NCBI GenBank assembly: GCA_965207065.1
Contig: OZ242260.1
Location: forward strand, 3,936,001-4,000,000
DNA length: 64,000 nucleotides
Direction: 5' to 3'
DNA from: a bacterium
GTDB lineage: Bacteria > UBA8248
Part shown: piece after piece, positions 25,083 to 34,119 of the stretch
Position numbering within the stretch: the first letter of the stretch is position 1
Layout of the letters: each line of letters starts with the position of its first letter
The notes under the pieces: generated by a model
What the model was told of the DNA's origin: nothing
What the model saw: the letters and a program-made list of their open reading frames with translations, nothing else
The model's database searches: none
Position numbers and translations under genes: made by a program

Positions 25083-26255
25083 TTATTCCGGTTTTCCCGC
25101 CACCTCGGTGAGCTTGCGCCGCCCCGCCCCCGATGGCCTGAGAAGCCTGCCTCCCAGGACCACGTGCGTCGCCTCGAGCATCCGGCTCCCCTTGCGCCGC
25201 GCGCCCATGGAATCCTCGAAAACGAACCGGCCTTCCTTCATCCGGAACACGGCGACGTCGCCTCTCGCGCCTTTTTTGAGCGTCCCCACCTTGCCTTTGA
25301 GGCCAATCCACTCGGCGGCCGTCTGCGTGCTGAGGCGGACCACTTCCGCGAGAGGAAAGCCCAGGGCCAGAAACTTGCTCATGAGGCTGGGAAAATCATA
25401 CACCGGCCCGTGGATGCAGTGCGTATGGAGGTCGGTGCTCAGGTTGCCCGGCATCAGGCCCTGCGCCATGGCGCGCTCCATAATCTCGAAGCTGAAGCTC
25501 GAGCGCCCATGAGCGACGTCGAGCAGCACGCCCGAATCCCTCGCCTCCCACACCGCGCGGCGCACCCTGCCTCTCCCGTCGAGAATGTTCTCCCGCCTGC
25601 CGTGGAACGCGTGCGTGAGCACGTCGCCCGGGCGGAGGCGCTTCAGGATGCTCGGCAAAGAAGAAGGCGTATCGCCCACGTGCACCATCAGGGGAACCTT
25701 CAGGAATTCCGAGGCCTCGAGCGCCGCATCCAGGGGCTTCGAGCCGCTGCGCTCCACCACATTGTCACTCAGACGCACCTTCATGCCGATCAAGTATTTC
25801 CGGTGCGTCTCGTAGCACGCCACCGCCCTGTCCACGCGCAGCGCACGCATGTCGATGTTCTCGCCGAGGCCGTCTATCAGTAGCCCGCCTTCGGAGATGT
25901 TGAGATACGCGCGCACCGTCGGGCGGGCCTTCTCCAGGAACCATTCCTGAAAACTCGGGTACGTTTGCGCGCCTGCGCTGCCCGTATCGACTGCCGTCGT
26001 CACGCCGCGCGATAGCATCGTCGCATCCAGATTCACGCCGTAGTGCGTGAAACCCTCATAGAAATGGCAGTGGAGGTCGACCAGGCCGGGGGTGACGATT
26101 TTCCCCCGCGCGTTCAATGTCTGCCTGCCCTCCGGCTCGATGTGGGGCGCCACCCGCCTCACGCGGCCGCGCGCGATCTCGACGTCCATCGTCCCTTCGA
26201 GTTCCTGGGAAGGGTCGATCACGTATCCGCCGCGTATGACGATGTCCATGCGCAT
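25083..26255 (-). CDS. Amidohydrolase/deacetylase-family metallohydrolase
   Basis: PGLVDLHCH, GVTTAVDTGSAG, DVAHG and STDLH. Confidence 0.88.
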   Translation of the reverse strand: MRMDIVIRGGYVIDPSQELEGTMDVEIARGRVRRVAPHIEPEGRQTLNARGKIVTPGLVDLHCHFYEGFTHYGVNLDATMLSRGVTTAVDTGSAGAQTYPSFQEWFLEKARPTVRAYLNISEGGLLIDGLGENIDMRALRVDRAVACYETHRKYLIGMKVRLSDNVVERSGSKPLDAALEASEFLKVPLMVHVGDTPSSLPSILKRLRPGDVLTHAFHGRRENILDGRGRVRRAVWEARDSGVLLDVAHGRSSFSFEIMERAMAQGLMPGNLSTDLHTHCIHGPVYDFPSLMSKFLALGFPLAEVVRLSTQTAAEWIGLKGKVGTLKKGARGDVAVFRMKEGRFVFEDSMGARRKGSRMLEATHVVLGGRLLRPSGAGRRKLTEVAGKPE

Positions 26256-26432
26256 GACTCCTTGGTTGAAACGAGGCGCAAGCCGCGAGAAACTGCGAGC
26301 GCCTAGACGGATAAATAGCGGATTCGGATCATTATTCCCCCCGAAGCGTTGACATGCAATCGCCGCGAGGTGGATTATGAAAGCATAAACCCTAGCGCTT
26401 TCTCAAAATAATCAAACCGCTGGAGCCATGAA

Positions 26433-27605
26433 ATGAGCCTGCAAACGGAATCCACGCTGCAATTCGATTTAGACGAAACGCAAAAGATGCTCCGCCAGAC
26501 GGTGCGCGAACTCTCGGAGCGCTACATCGCCCCGCGCGCCGCCGACATCGACGAGAACGAGGAGTACCCCGAAGACATCTTCCAGCTCCAGAAAGAACAC
26601 GGCCTGCTCGGCATTTTCTTCCCCGAGGAATACGGGGGCGGCGGCATGGGCTTTCTGGGCGGGTGCGTCGCCATCGAGGAGATAGCGCGCGTCTGCTCGA
26701 ACTCCCCGCTCTTCATCGTGCTCAACATGCTCTCGAGCCGCGTCATCGACCTGAGCGGCACGCAGGAGCAGAAAGACCACTACATGACGGGCCTCGCGAA
26801 AGGCGAACTCAGAGGCTCCTACGCCCTCACCGAACCCCACGCGGGTTCTGACGCGGGCAACATCCGCACGCGCGCCGTCAAGGAGGGTGACGAGTGGGTC
26901 ATCAACGGCACCAAGTGCTTCTGCACCGGGCCCGACAAGGCGGACTTCATCACCGTCGCCGCCAAGACCGACCCCCACGCCGGCACGCGCGGCATCACCT
27001 ACTACATCGTGCCCACCGACGCGCCGGGCTTCAGCATCGCCAAGCACGAGCGCAAGATGGGCATGCGCGGCATCTCGACCTGCATGCTCAACCTCGACAA
27101 CGTGGCCGTTCCGCTCGAGAACCAGGTGGGCGAGCTGAACCAGGGCTTCAAGACCGCGATGGTCGGCTTCAACCAGATGCGGCCCGCCATCGGCTCGCGC
27201 GCCGTGGGCCTGGCCCAGGGCTGTCTCGACTACGCGGCCAACTACGCCAAGGAGCGTGAGGCGTTCGGAAAGCCCATCGCCCAGCACCAGGCCGTGCAGT
27301 TCATGCTCGCCGACATGTTCATGGACATCGAGGCGGCGCGATTGCTCGTCTACCGCGCGGCCGCCATGGTGGATGCGGGCCAGATCGGCAAGGAGAACGC
27401 CAGGTACTTCTCGACGGCCAAGACATACGCGGCCGACATGGCCATGAAGTGCGCGATAGACGGCATCCAGGTCTTGGGTGGAGCGGGCTACATGAAGGAC
27501 CACCCGCTCGAACGCTTCATGCGCGACGCCAAGCAGATCCAGATCGTCGAGGGAACGAGCCAGATACAGCGGATGATCATCGCCCGGAACCTGCTCGGCC
27601 TCTAG
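26433..27605 (+). CDS. Acyl-CoA dehydrogenase
   Basis: ALTEPHAGSD, NGTKCF, GGAGY...ERFMRDAK..QIVEGT. Confidence 0.95.
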   Translation: MSLQTESTLQFDLDETQKMLRQTVRELSERYIAPRAADIDENEEYPEDIFQLQKEHGLLGIFFPEEYGGGGMGFLGGCVAIEEIARVCSNSPLFIVLNMLSSRVIDLSGTQEQKDHYMTGLAKGELRGSYALTEPHAGSDAGNIRTRAVKEGDEWVINGTKCFCTGPDKADFITVAAKTDPHAGTRGITYYIVPTDAPGFSIAKHERKMGMRGISTCMLNLDNVAVPLENQVGELNQGFKTAMVGFNQMRPAIGSRAVGLAQGCLDYAANYAKEREAFGKPIAQHQAVQFMLADMFMDIEAARLLVYRAAAMVDAGQIGKENARYFSTAKTYAADMAMKCAIDGIQVLGGAGYMKDHPLERFMRDAKQIQIVEGTSQIQRMIIARNLLGL

Positions 27606-27617
27606 GAGCATGCCGAG

Positions 27618-28784
27618 GTGACGGGAAGTCCGGGTTCCGGGGGCGCGTTCGAACTCAATCCGGCCCAGCGGATGCTGGCCGAGACGGTGTATGAACTGAG
27701 CCGCCGCCACGTCGCGCCGCGCGCCGCCGAGATCGACGAGAACGACGAATACCCCGAAGACGTATTTCAGCTCTTGAAATCCCACGATCTGCTCGGTCTC
27801 TACGTGCCGGAAGCCTACGGCGGGTCGGGTCTCGGTATTCTCGAAACCTGCATCGCCATCGAGCAGATGGCGCGCTTCTGCTCGAACTCCCCCCTCTTCT
27901 TCTCCGTCCACCTCCTCGCCACGCGGCCCGTCGCCATCGGGGGAAGCGAGGCGCAAAAGCGAACCTATCTCGCCGGCGTCGCGCGGGGTGAGTTGCGGCC
28001 CGCCTTCGCGCTCACTGAGCCGCACGCGGGTACTGACGCCGCGAACATTTCTACGCGCGCCGTACGCGACGGGGATTCATGGGTGATCAACGGCCAGAAG
28101 TGCTTCTGCACGGGTTCGAGCGTGGCCGATTTCATCACCGTGGCGGCCAAGACCGAACCCGGCAAGGGGGCGAAGGGCATCTCTTTCTTCATCGTACCCA
28201 GGGGCGAATTCCGCGTGGGGCGCCATGAGCGGAAGATGGGGATGCGGGGAATCCCGACCTGCGAGGTGTTTCTGGAAAACACGCGCGTGCCCCTGGAGAA
28301 CATGATTGGCGAGCCAGGCCTTGGCTTCAAGACCGCCATGCTCGGCTTCAACCAGGCGCGGCCCGGCATCGGCGCGCGGGGCGTGGGTCTGGCGCAGGGG
28401 TGCCTCGACTATGCGGCCAATTACGCCAGGGAGCGCGAGGCATTCGGCAAGCCCATCGCGCAGCACCAAGCGGTGCAGTTCATGCTCGCCGACATGTTCA
28501 TGGAAACCGAAGCGGCACGCATGCTCGTTTACCGCGCCGCCTCGATGGTGGATAATGGGCGCTACCAAAAAGAAGACGTGCATTTCATCTGCGCCGCGAA
28601 GTGCTACGCCACCGACGCCGCCATGAAGGCCGCCGTGGACGGCGTTCAGGTGCTCGGCGGCGCGGGCTACATGAAGGACCATCCGCTCGAGCGGTTCATG
28701 AGAGACGCGAAGCAACTGCAGATCATCGAGGGGACCAACCAGATTCAGCGCATGGTCATCGCCCAGAATTTATTGAGTTTATAG
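27618..28784 (+). CDS. Acyl-CoA dehydrogenase (tandem paralog)
   Basis: Same motifs, with long stretches identical to the upstream gene. Confidence 0.95.
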   Translation: MTGSPGSGGAFELNPAQRMLAETVYELSRRHVAPRAAEIDENDEYPEDVFQLLKSHDLLGLYVPEAYGGSGLGILETCIAIEQMARFCSNSPLFFSVHLLATRPVAIGGSEAQKRTYLAGVARGELRPAFALTEPHAGTDAANISTRAVRDGDSWVINGQKCFCTGSSVADFITVAAKTEPGKGAKGISFFIVPRGEFRVGRHERKMGMRGIPTCEVFLENTRVPLENMIGEPGLGFKTAMLGFNQARPGIGARGVGLAQGCLDYAANYAREREAFGKPIAQHQAVQFMLADMFMETEAARMLVYRAASMVDNGRYQKEDVHFICAAKCYATDAAMKAAVDGVQVLGGAGYMKDHPLERFMRDAKQLQIIEGTNQIQRMVIAQNLLSL

Positions 28785-28806
28785 TTCCCCATTACGGAGA
28801 TTCGAG

Positions 28807-29415
28807 ATGAGCCAGATGATTGAAATCTTGAAACCCACCTCTTTCGTCCGTGCGGGCGACCACCCGCTGGCGGAACGGCCCGAAGATATCGGGGGTCTCA
28901 GAATCGGCTTCTTCCACAACAACAAGCCGAACGCCGACGTCCTCTTGGAGCGGATCGAAGAACTTCTCGCGCAGGAGGACGAGACCCTGCGCATCGTCCG
29001 CTGGGGAAAGCCGAACCCCACCCTGCCGGAGGACCGCCTGGAGGAATTCCTCGAACAGGTCGACCTGGCCGTCTGCGCCGTGGGCGACTGAGGGAGTTGC
29101 ACGTCATGGAGTATCCATGACTCGGTGGAGATGGAAAAAGCGGGCGTTCCGACGGCCACGTTCTGCTCGAGTGAATTCTCGGCCCTGGGCGCGAACGAGA
29201 GAACGGCGCTGGGGATGCCCGGCCTGCCGATAGTCGTCGTTGCGCATCCGGTGGGGGGAATCGCACCGGAACAGGCGCGCGCGCTGGGAGACGGTGCGGT
29301 GGAGGAGGTGCGGCGCATCCTCACGAGCGATGCCGAATCGCTCAGGCGAGAGTACCGGGAGCGCGAATACGTGCCGCCCCGCAAAACCGTGCGCCACAAG
29401 GCGCTCTTCGCATAG
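28807..29415 (+). CDS. UGSC-family selenoprotein (Sec at TGA 29089-29091), 202 aa
   Basis: ORFs 28807..29091 and 29125..29415 are in frame; the junction reads GD-U-GSCTSWS (UxxC). Confidence 0.9.
29103..29121 (+). promoter_or_regulatory. Candidate bacterial SECIS hairpin
   Basis: GTCATGGA-GTA-TCCATGAC perfect 8-bp stem starting 11 nt after the UGA. Confidence 0.75.
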
Positions 29416-29428
29416 GCGGGCGCACGAA

Positions 29429-30508
29429 ATGAACGACCACTCTCAGGAAGATATTGCGTTCGAGAGCGAGCGCGTGAAGGTTCGCGACACGCCCGAGGCG
29501 ATGGCGCGCCTGCTCGAAGCCCGGGGCTGGGGCGACGGCCTCCCCGTCGTTCCCCCGACGCCCGAGCGGGTCGCCAGAATGGTCGAAGGCTCAGGCCTCG
29601 CTCCCGATGTGGAAATCGGCCTCCTGGCGCCCCGCCAGGGAGTCATCACGGTCGAGGCCCTCGCCGTGAACGCCGTGATGGCCGGCTGTCATCCTGCGTA
29701 CATGCCCGTTCTGGTCGCTGCAGTCCGGGCGGTGCTGACGCCCGAGTTCTCGCTCCACGCCATTCAGGCGACGACCCACCCGGTGGCGCCCCTCATCATC
29801 GTGAACGGCCCTATCGTCGAGGAAATCGGCCTGAATGCCGAGTATGGATGCTTCGCCCCCGGCAACCGGGCGAACGCGACGATTGGCCGCGCGATGCGCC
29901 TGACGCTCCTGAACGTGGGCGGCGCGAGCCCCGGCGTTCTGGACCGCGCCACGCAGGGATCGCCCGCGAAATACGCGTTCTGTATCGCCGAGAACGAGGC
30001 GGCCTCCCCCTGGGAGCCATTGCACGTGGAGCGCGGCTTTGCGCCCGAGGAGAGCGCGGTGACGCTCGTGGGCTGCGAGGGACCCCACAATATCAACGAT
30101 CACGTGAGCCACACGGCGGAGGGAATTCTCGCCACCGCCGCCGACACGATGTCCATCATGGGGAGCAACAACTTCTATCTGCGCGGAGAACCCGTTCTCG
30201 CCCTCGGCCCCGAGCACGCGGCCACCATCGCGGGGGACGGCCTGACGAAAGCGGATGTGAAGGGGAGAATTTTCGAGCTCGCCCGCAAGCCCGTGCGCCA
30301 GCTGAAGCGCGGCGCCATGTGGGGGATGCAGACCTGGGGCGAGGAAATAGCCGAACACGAAGACGACGATGATTTCGAGATTCCCCTGCTCGACGGTCCG
30401 GAGGATTTACTCCTCATCGTCACGGGCGGCGCCGGCAAGCACTCGTGCTACATGCCCACCTTCGGCCCCACGCGCTCGGTGACGCGGAAGATCGACACCG
30501 GCAAATAA
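29429..30508 (+). CDS. Conserved partner protein of UGSC selenoproteins (function unknown)
   Basis: GWGDGLPVVPPT.ERV, AVNAVMAGC, RANATIGRA and ENE..SPW motifs. Confidence 0.8.
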   Translation: MNDHSQEDIAFESERVKVRDTPEAMARLLEARGWGDGLPVVPPTPERVARMVEGSGLAPDVEIGLLAPRQGVITVEALAVNAVMAGCHPAYMPVLVAAVRAVLTPEFSLHAIQATTHPVAPLIIVNGPIVEEIGLNAEYGCFAPGNRANATIGRAMRLTLLNVGGASPGVLDRATQGSPAKYAFCIAENEAASPWEPLHVERGFAPEESAVTLVGCEGPHNINDHVSHTAEGILATAADTMSIMGSNNFYLRGEPVLALGPEHAATIAGDGLTKADVKGRIFELARKPVRQLKRGAMWGMQTWGEEIAEHEDDDDFEIPLLDGPEDLLLIVTGGAGKHSCYMPTFGPTRSVTRKIDTGK

Positions 30509-30531
30509 GGTTGTAATCACCGACCAGAGTT

Positions 30532-30875
30532 GTAGGGACAGGCCCCCGTGCCTGTCCGAGGTCGCGACCTGTCCCCACGAAACTCTCGCAGAACGTCAGG
30601 CAAACACTCCCCACTTGAGGGGTCGGGCATCCCGAGGGGAATGCCCGATGAAAAAGGCCCCCTGACAAGGGGGGTAGGGGGGGGTTGCTTCTGACGAGGA
30701 GAGTCAGCGGTTCGTGCGGAAGCGGCCTTCCCGCTAGAGGCGATGTCCCCCGATAAGGACTTTTCACCAACCCCGGTGAGGGAGGTTTTGAAGCGAAAGG
30801 TGAGGTCAGTTCCGACTGATGAAGGAGGAACTGAATTTGCGCTCGATTTCAGGGCCGGGATATTCAACAACGCCT
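30532..30875. repeat. Composite REP/MITE cluster
   Basis: GTAG-REP, a CTCCCC.CTTGAGGGG half-site, a CCCCCTGACAAGGGGGG hairpin and TGAAAA/TTCAAC ends. Confidence 0.7.
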
Positions 30876-30886
30876 TTTCGCGAAAC

Positions 30887-31477
30887 TTAGGCAGGCGACG
30901 GCAAGAGCGCCTCGGCCTGCCCCAAGACGGATTCCAGAAAACTCTCATCAGGGGAGACGCGCGACAGCACCCTGAGGCCCAGGAAGAGACCAAGCAAAGA
31001 TTTTGCAGTCAGCTCCGGATCGACTTCCGTGGAAATCTCACCATTGGCCTGGCCTCGCCTGATGGAAGCGTGAAGAAACTCCGTCATTCCAGTGAACGCG
31101 CCGGTCAATATCGAAGCCACCTCCAGATCGTGCGCGCCAAGCTCCAATGCGATGTTTACCTCGAGGCAGCCGTCGCTCGAACCGTTTTCCATCACTTCCG
31201 AAGCGGCGGCCTCGAACACGGCCAGCACCGCCTGTCGTGGCGATGAATGTTTTTCGAGTTCCTTAATCGGAGCCTCGCGGTAGAGTTGATCGTAACGGTG
31301 AAGCGCCCGCATGAACATCTCGCGCTTGTCGCCGAAGGCGTGGTACAAGCTTCCTCTGAAAAGGCCTGTTGCGTTCTCGATATCGCGAATCGACGTTGCC
31401 GAATAGCCGTGACGCCAGAACTGCCTCATGATTTTCGTTAAAACTTCGTCCATCTCGTACTTTGGCATTTTTCCCAC
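30887..31477 (-). CDS. TetR/AcrR-family regulator (NemR-like)
   Basis: FWRHGYSATSIRDI..ATGL.RGSLYHAFGDK; GCLEVN. Confidence 0.93.
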   Translation of the reverse strand: MGKMPKYEMDEVLTKIMRQFWRHGYSATSIRDIENATGLFRGSLYHAFGDKREMFMRALHRYDQLYREAPIKELEKHSSPRQAVLAVFEAAASEVMENGSSDGCLEVNIALELGAHDLEVASILTGAFTGMTEFLHASIRRGQANGEISTEVDPELTAKSLLGLFLGLRVLSRVSPDESFLESVLGQAEALLPSPA

Positions 31478-31971
31478 GGGTCCTCTCCTCGTCCGCTCTG
31501 TAAAGCATGGAATTCATTCGCATGCCAGCGGTTTGGCGGTTCCAATCATCATTACGAGTCAAAAACTTATCACACGAAAAATTCGATTTCACGAAAATTC
31601 GCACCCTGTCGGCGCAGTTGAAAACCCCCTGCCCCCTTTTTCGAGGGGGTAAAGGCAAAGTTTCCCGCCGTCGAGGGGTGTGGGAAGAAAAAACCTTCCT
31701 GAGGAGGGGGTGGGAGTCGAACCCGACTGAGGAATGAGGTCGAACCCGATTGAGAAATGAGGGTTCGACGGGACCGGCGAGGGGGTTTTCGACAGTACCT
31801 TCACCGGATGGCCACCAAGGGTGCCATCAGCCTCCATGCAAGGTATTTCTTGCCCGGCGCCGCGCGACAAATCCACTCGTTTGCGTTGCCTCGGGTTCGG
31901 CCCCCGTGCTAGATTCTCGTTTCCGGGGAAGATGACCTTTCTTTTCTGATGAGATGGGGGAGAAACAATCC

Positions 31972-32364
31972 ATGGCGAAACAACAAATCAACTCCGATAA
32001 GGTGAAACCGGTCGCCGCGTATTCCACGGGCTGGAAGGTATCGAACGGACATCTCATCATGCTGGCGGGCCAGGTGGCAGTCGACGTGGACGGCAACACG
32101 GTCGGTGGGGACGACATCAGGGCGCAGACCCGGCAGGTGTACGAGAACATCAAGGCCGCGCTCGAGGCGGCAGGCGCCGGGATGGCGGACATCATCCGCC
32201 TTACGGTCTATATCACCGACGCTGCGAATGTCCCGGGATGCATGGAGGTGCGGCAGACATACTTCAGCGAACCCTACCCGGCAAGCACGCTCCTGATCGT
32301 GAGCGGCCTGGCGAAACCCGAATGGCTCATCGAGATCGACGCGATCGCCTTCGTGGAAGATTAG
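31972..32364 (+). CDS. RidA/YjgF-family protein
   Basis: AYS, LAGQV, PASTL...LIEIDAIA. Confidence 0.92.
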   Translation: MAKQQINSDKVKPVAAYSTGWKVSNGHLIMLAGQVAVDVDGNTVGGDDIRAQTRQVYENIKAALEAAGAGMADIIRLTVYITDAANVPGCMEVRQTYFSEPYPASTLLIVSGLAKPEWLIEIDAIAFVED

Positions 32365-32369
32365 GCGCA

Positions 32370-33224
32370 ATGAGCAACCGCAGGGCCATCGCAGATACGC
32401 TCGTGCTCGTGAAAGGAGGCGGCGACCTCGCCACAGGCGTGGCTCACCGACTTCACCGCGCGGGCTTTCCGGTCGTGATCACTGAAATCGAAAACCCCAC
32501 CATGGTAAGGCGCACAGTTTCATTCGCCGAATGCCTGTATGCGGATGAGTGGAGAGTGGAGGGAATTACCTCCATCAAGGCGGACGGGGAGACGCCCGAA
32601 GAGAAAGCGGAGAACGCGCGCGCCATCCTGGAGACGGGTTCGATTCCGGTGATGGTGGATCCGCAAGCAGAGGTGATCGCCCACCTCCGGCCCGCCGTCG
32701 TGGTGGATGCGATTCTGGCGAAGCGAAACCTCGGCACCCGCATCGAGGACGCGGAGGTCGTTGTCGGCCTGGGGCCTGGCTTCACCGCAGGTATGGATTG
32801 CCACGCCGTGGTCGAGACCTCCCGGGGACACGACCTGGGGCGGGTGATTCTCGAAGGCGCCGCGAAGCCCGACACGGGCGTTCCGGGCCCCATCGGCGGC
32901 TACACCACCGAGCGGCTGCTGCGCGCTCCTCAAGCCGGCGCCTTCACCTCCATCGCCGGAATCGGCGACGTGGTGCGTGCCGGAGAGGCCGTCGCCCATG
33001 TGGACGGCGCGGAGGTACGCTCCGCCATCGACGGCGTATTGCGCGGTCTTCTGAGAGACGGCATCAAGGTGAGCACCGGCTTCAAGGTGGGCGACGTCGA
33101 CCCGAGGGCCGAGCCCGCCCATTGCCACACGATATCCGATAAATCGCGCGCCATCGGCGGCGGCGCGCTCGAGGCCATCATGATGTTCCTGTTCGGCGTA
33201 TCAGCCATGGAGTATGCGAATTGA
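32370..33224 (+). CDS. yqeB: Selenium-dependent molybdenum hydroxylase accessory protein YqeB
   Basis: KGGGDLATGVA.RL, RRTVSF, DAILAKRNLGT, GLGPGF, ET.RGH.LG, KVGDVDPR and ISDKSRAIGGG. Confidence 0.93.
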   Translation: MSNRRAIADTLVLVKGGGDLATGVAHRLHRAGFPVVITEIENPTMVRRTVSFAECLYADEWRVEGITSIKADGETPEEKAENARAILETGSIPVMVDPQAEVIAHLRPAVVVDAILAKRNLGTRIEDAEVVVGLGPGFTAGMDCHAVVETSRGHDLGRVILEGAAKPDTGVPGPIGGYTTERLLRAPQAGAFTSIAGIGDVVRAGEAVAHVDGAEVRSAIDGVLRGLLRDGIKVSTGFKVGDVDPRAEPAHCHTISDKSRAIGGGALEAIMMFLFGVSAMEYAN

Positions 33225-34105
33225 GTACCGAAATTTTGAGTGAAACCGTGGAAAACGGCGCCTACAGGATCGGGCGCAGCGAAATCCCGATCAACGAGAT
33301 GAACGGGAACTCCTTCGTTCCTCCGGCGCAATTCTATCTCGCGGCGGGTGATGGGCTCGAGCGCATCGCGTGGGCGGTGAGCAAGAACCTGCCCGTCCTC
33401 CTCGTGGGGGAGACCGGCGTCGGCAAGACCCTCTCGGTGCGCCACCTCGCCCACATGACGAACAACGGATTCCGTCGCGTGAACCTGAACGGCATGACCA
33501 CGGTCGATGAGTTCGTGGGCAAGCTGATGATCAACGAACAGGGCACCTACTGGGTAAACGGCATCCTGGTTGACGCCATGCAGTCCGGCGACTGGCTGCT
33601 CATCGACGAGATCAACGCCTGTCTGCCCGAAATCGCCTTTTGCCTGCACAGCCTGCTCGACGACGACCGCATGATCGTCTTATCCGAATACGACGGCCGC
33701 ATCGTCAAGCCTCATCCGAATTTCAGGCTTTTCGCCAGCATGAACCCGCATGAGGACCGCAGGTACGGCGGGACCAAGCCCCTGAACGAGGCGCTTCTGG
33801 ACCGCTTCCCGGTCACCGTGAAGATGGACTACCTGCCCTTCGACGCGGAAGTCGAGGTCATCATGCAGCAGAGCGGGAACCGCGACGAGGAGCTCATCAA
33901 GCGCATGGTGCGCGTGGGCCACGACGTGCGCGAGGCCATGCTGAACGAGAAGGTGTTCTGCACGTTCAGCACCCGGCGCCTCATCGACTGGGCGCGCATG
34001 GCGGCGCAGTTCGACCCCATGGAAGCCGCCGTCTCGACCATCTTCAGCAAGGTCAACTCTTTCGACGCCAAAGTGCTCGAGGACATCGTAGACAACCACT
34101 TCTAG
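33221..34105 (+). CDS. MoxR AAA+ ATPase, CbbQ/NirQ/NorQ-like
   Basis: Walker A GETGVGKT, Walker B LLIDEIN, ALLDRF and FSTRRLIDW. Confidence 0.9.
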   Translation: MSTEILSETVENGAYRIGRSEIPINEMNGNSFVPPAQFYLAAGDGLERIAWAVSKNLPVLLVGETGVGKTLSVRHLAHMTNNGFRRVNLNGMTTVDEFVGKLMINEQGTYWVNGILVDAMQSGDWLLIDEINACLPEIAFCLHSLLDDDRMIVLSEYDGRIVKPHPNFRLFASMNPHEDRRYGGTKPLNEALLDRFPVTVKMDYLPFDAEVEVIMQQSGNRDEELIKRMVRVGHDVREAMLNEKVFCTFSTRRLIDWARMAAQFDPMEAAVSTIFSKVNSFDAKVLEDIVDNHF

Positions 34106-34119
34106 CCGGGAGATGAGGC

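Noticed and set aside
31701-31770. tRNA gene (minus strand GGGTTCGACTCCCACCCCCTCC)
   Set aside because: Only a T-loop/acceptor-like fragment with an incomplete T-stem; no D or anticodon arm.
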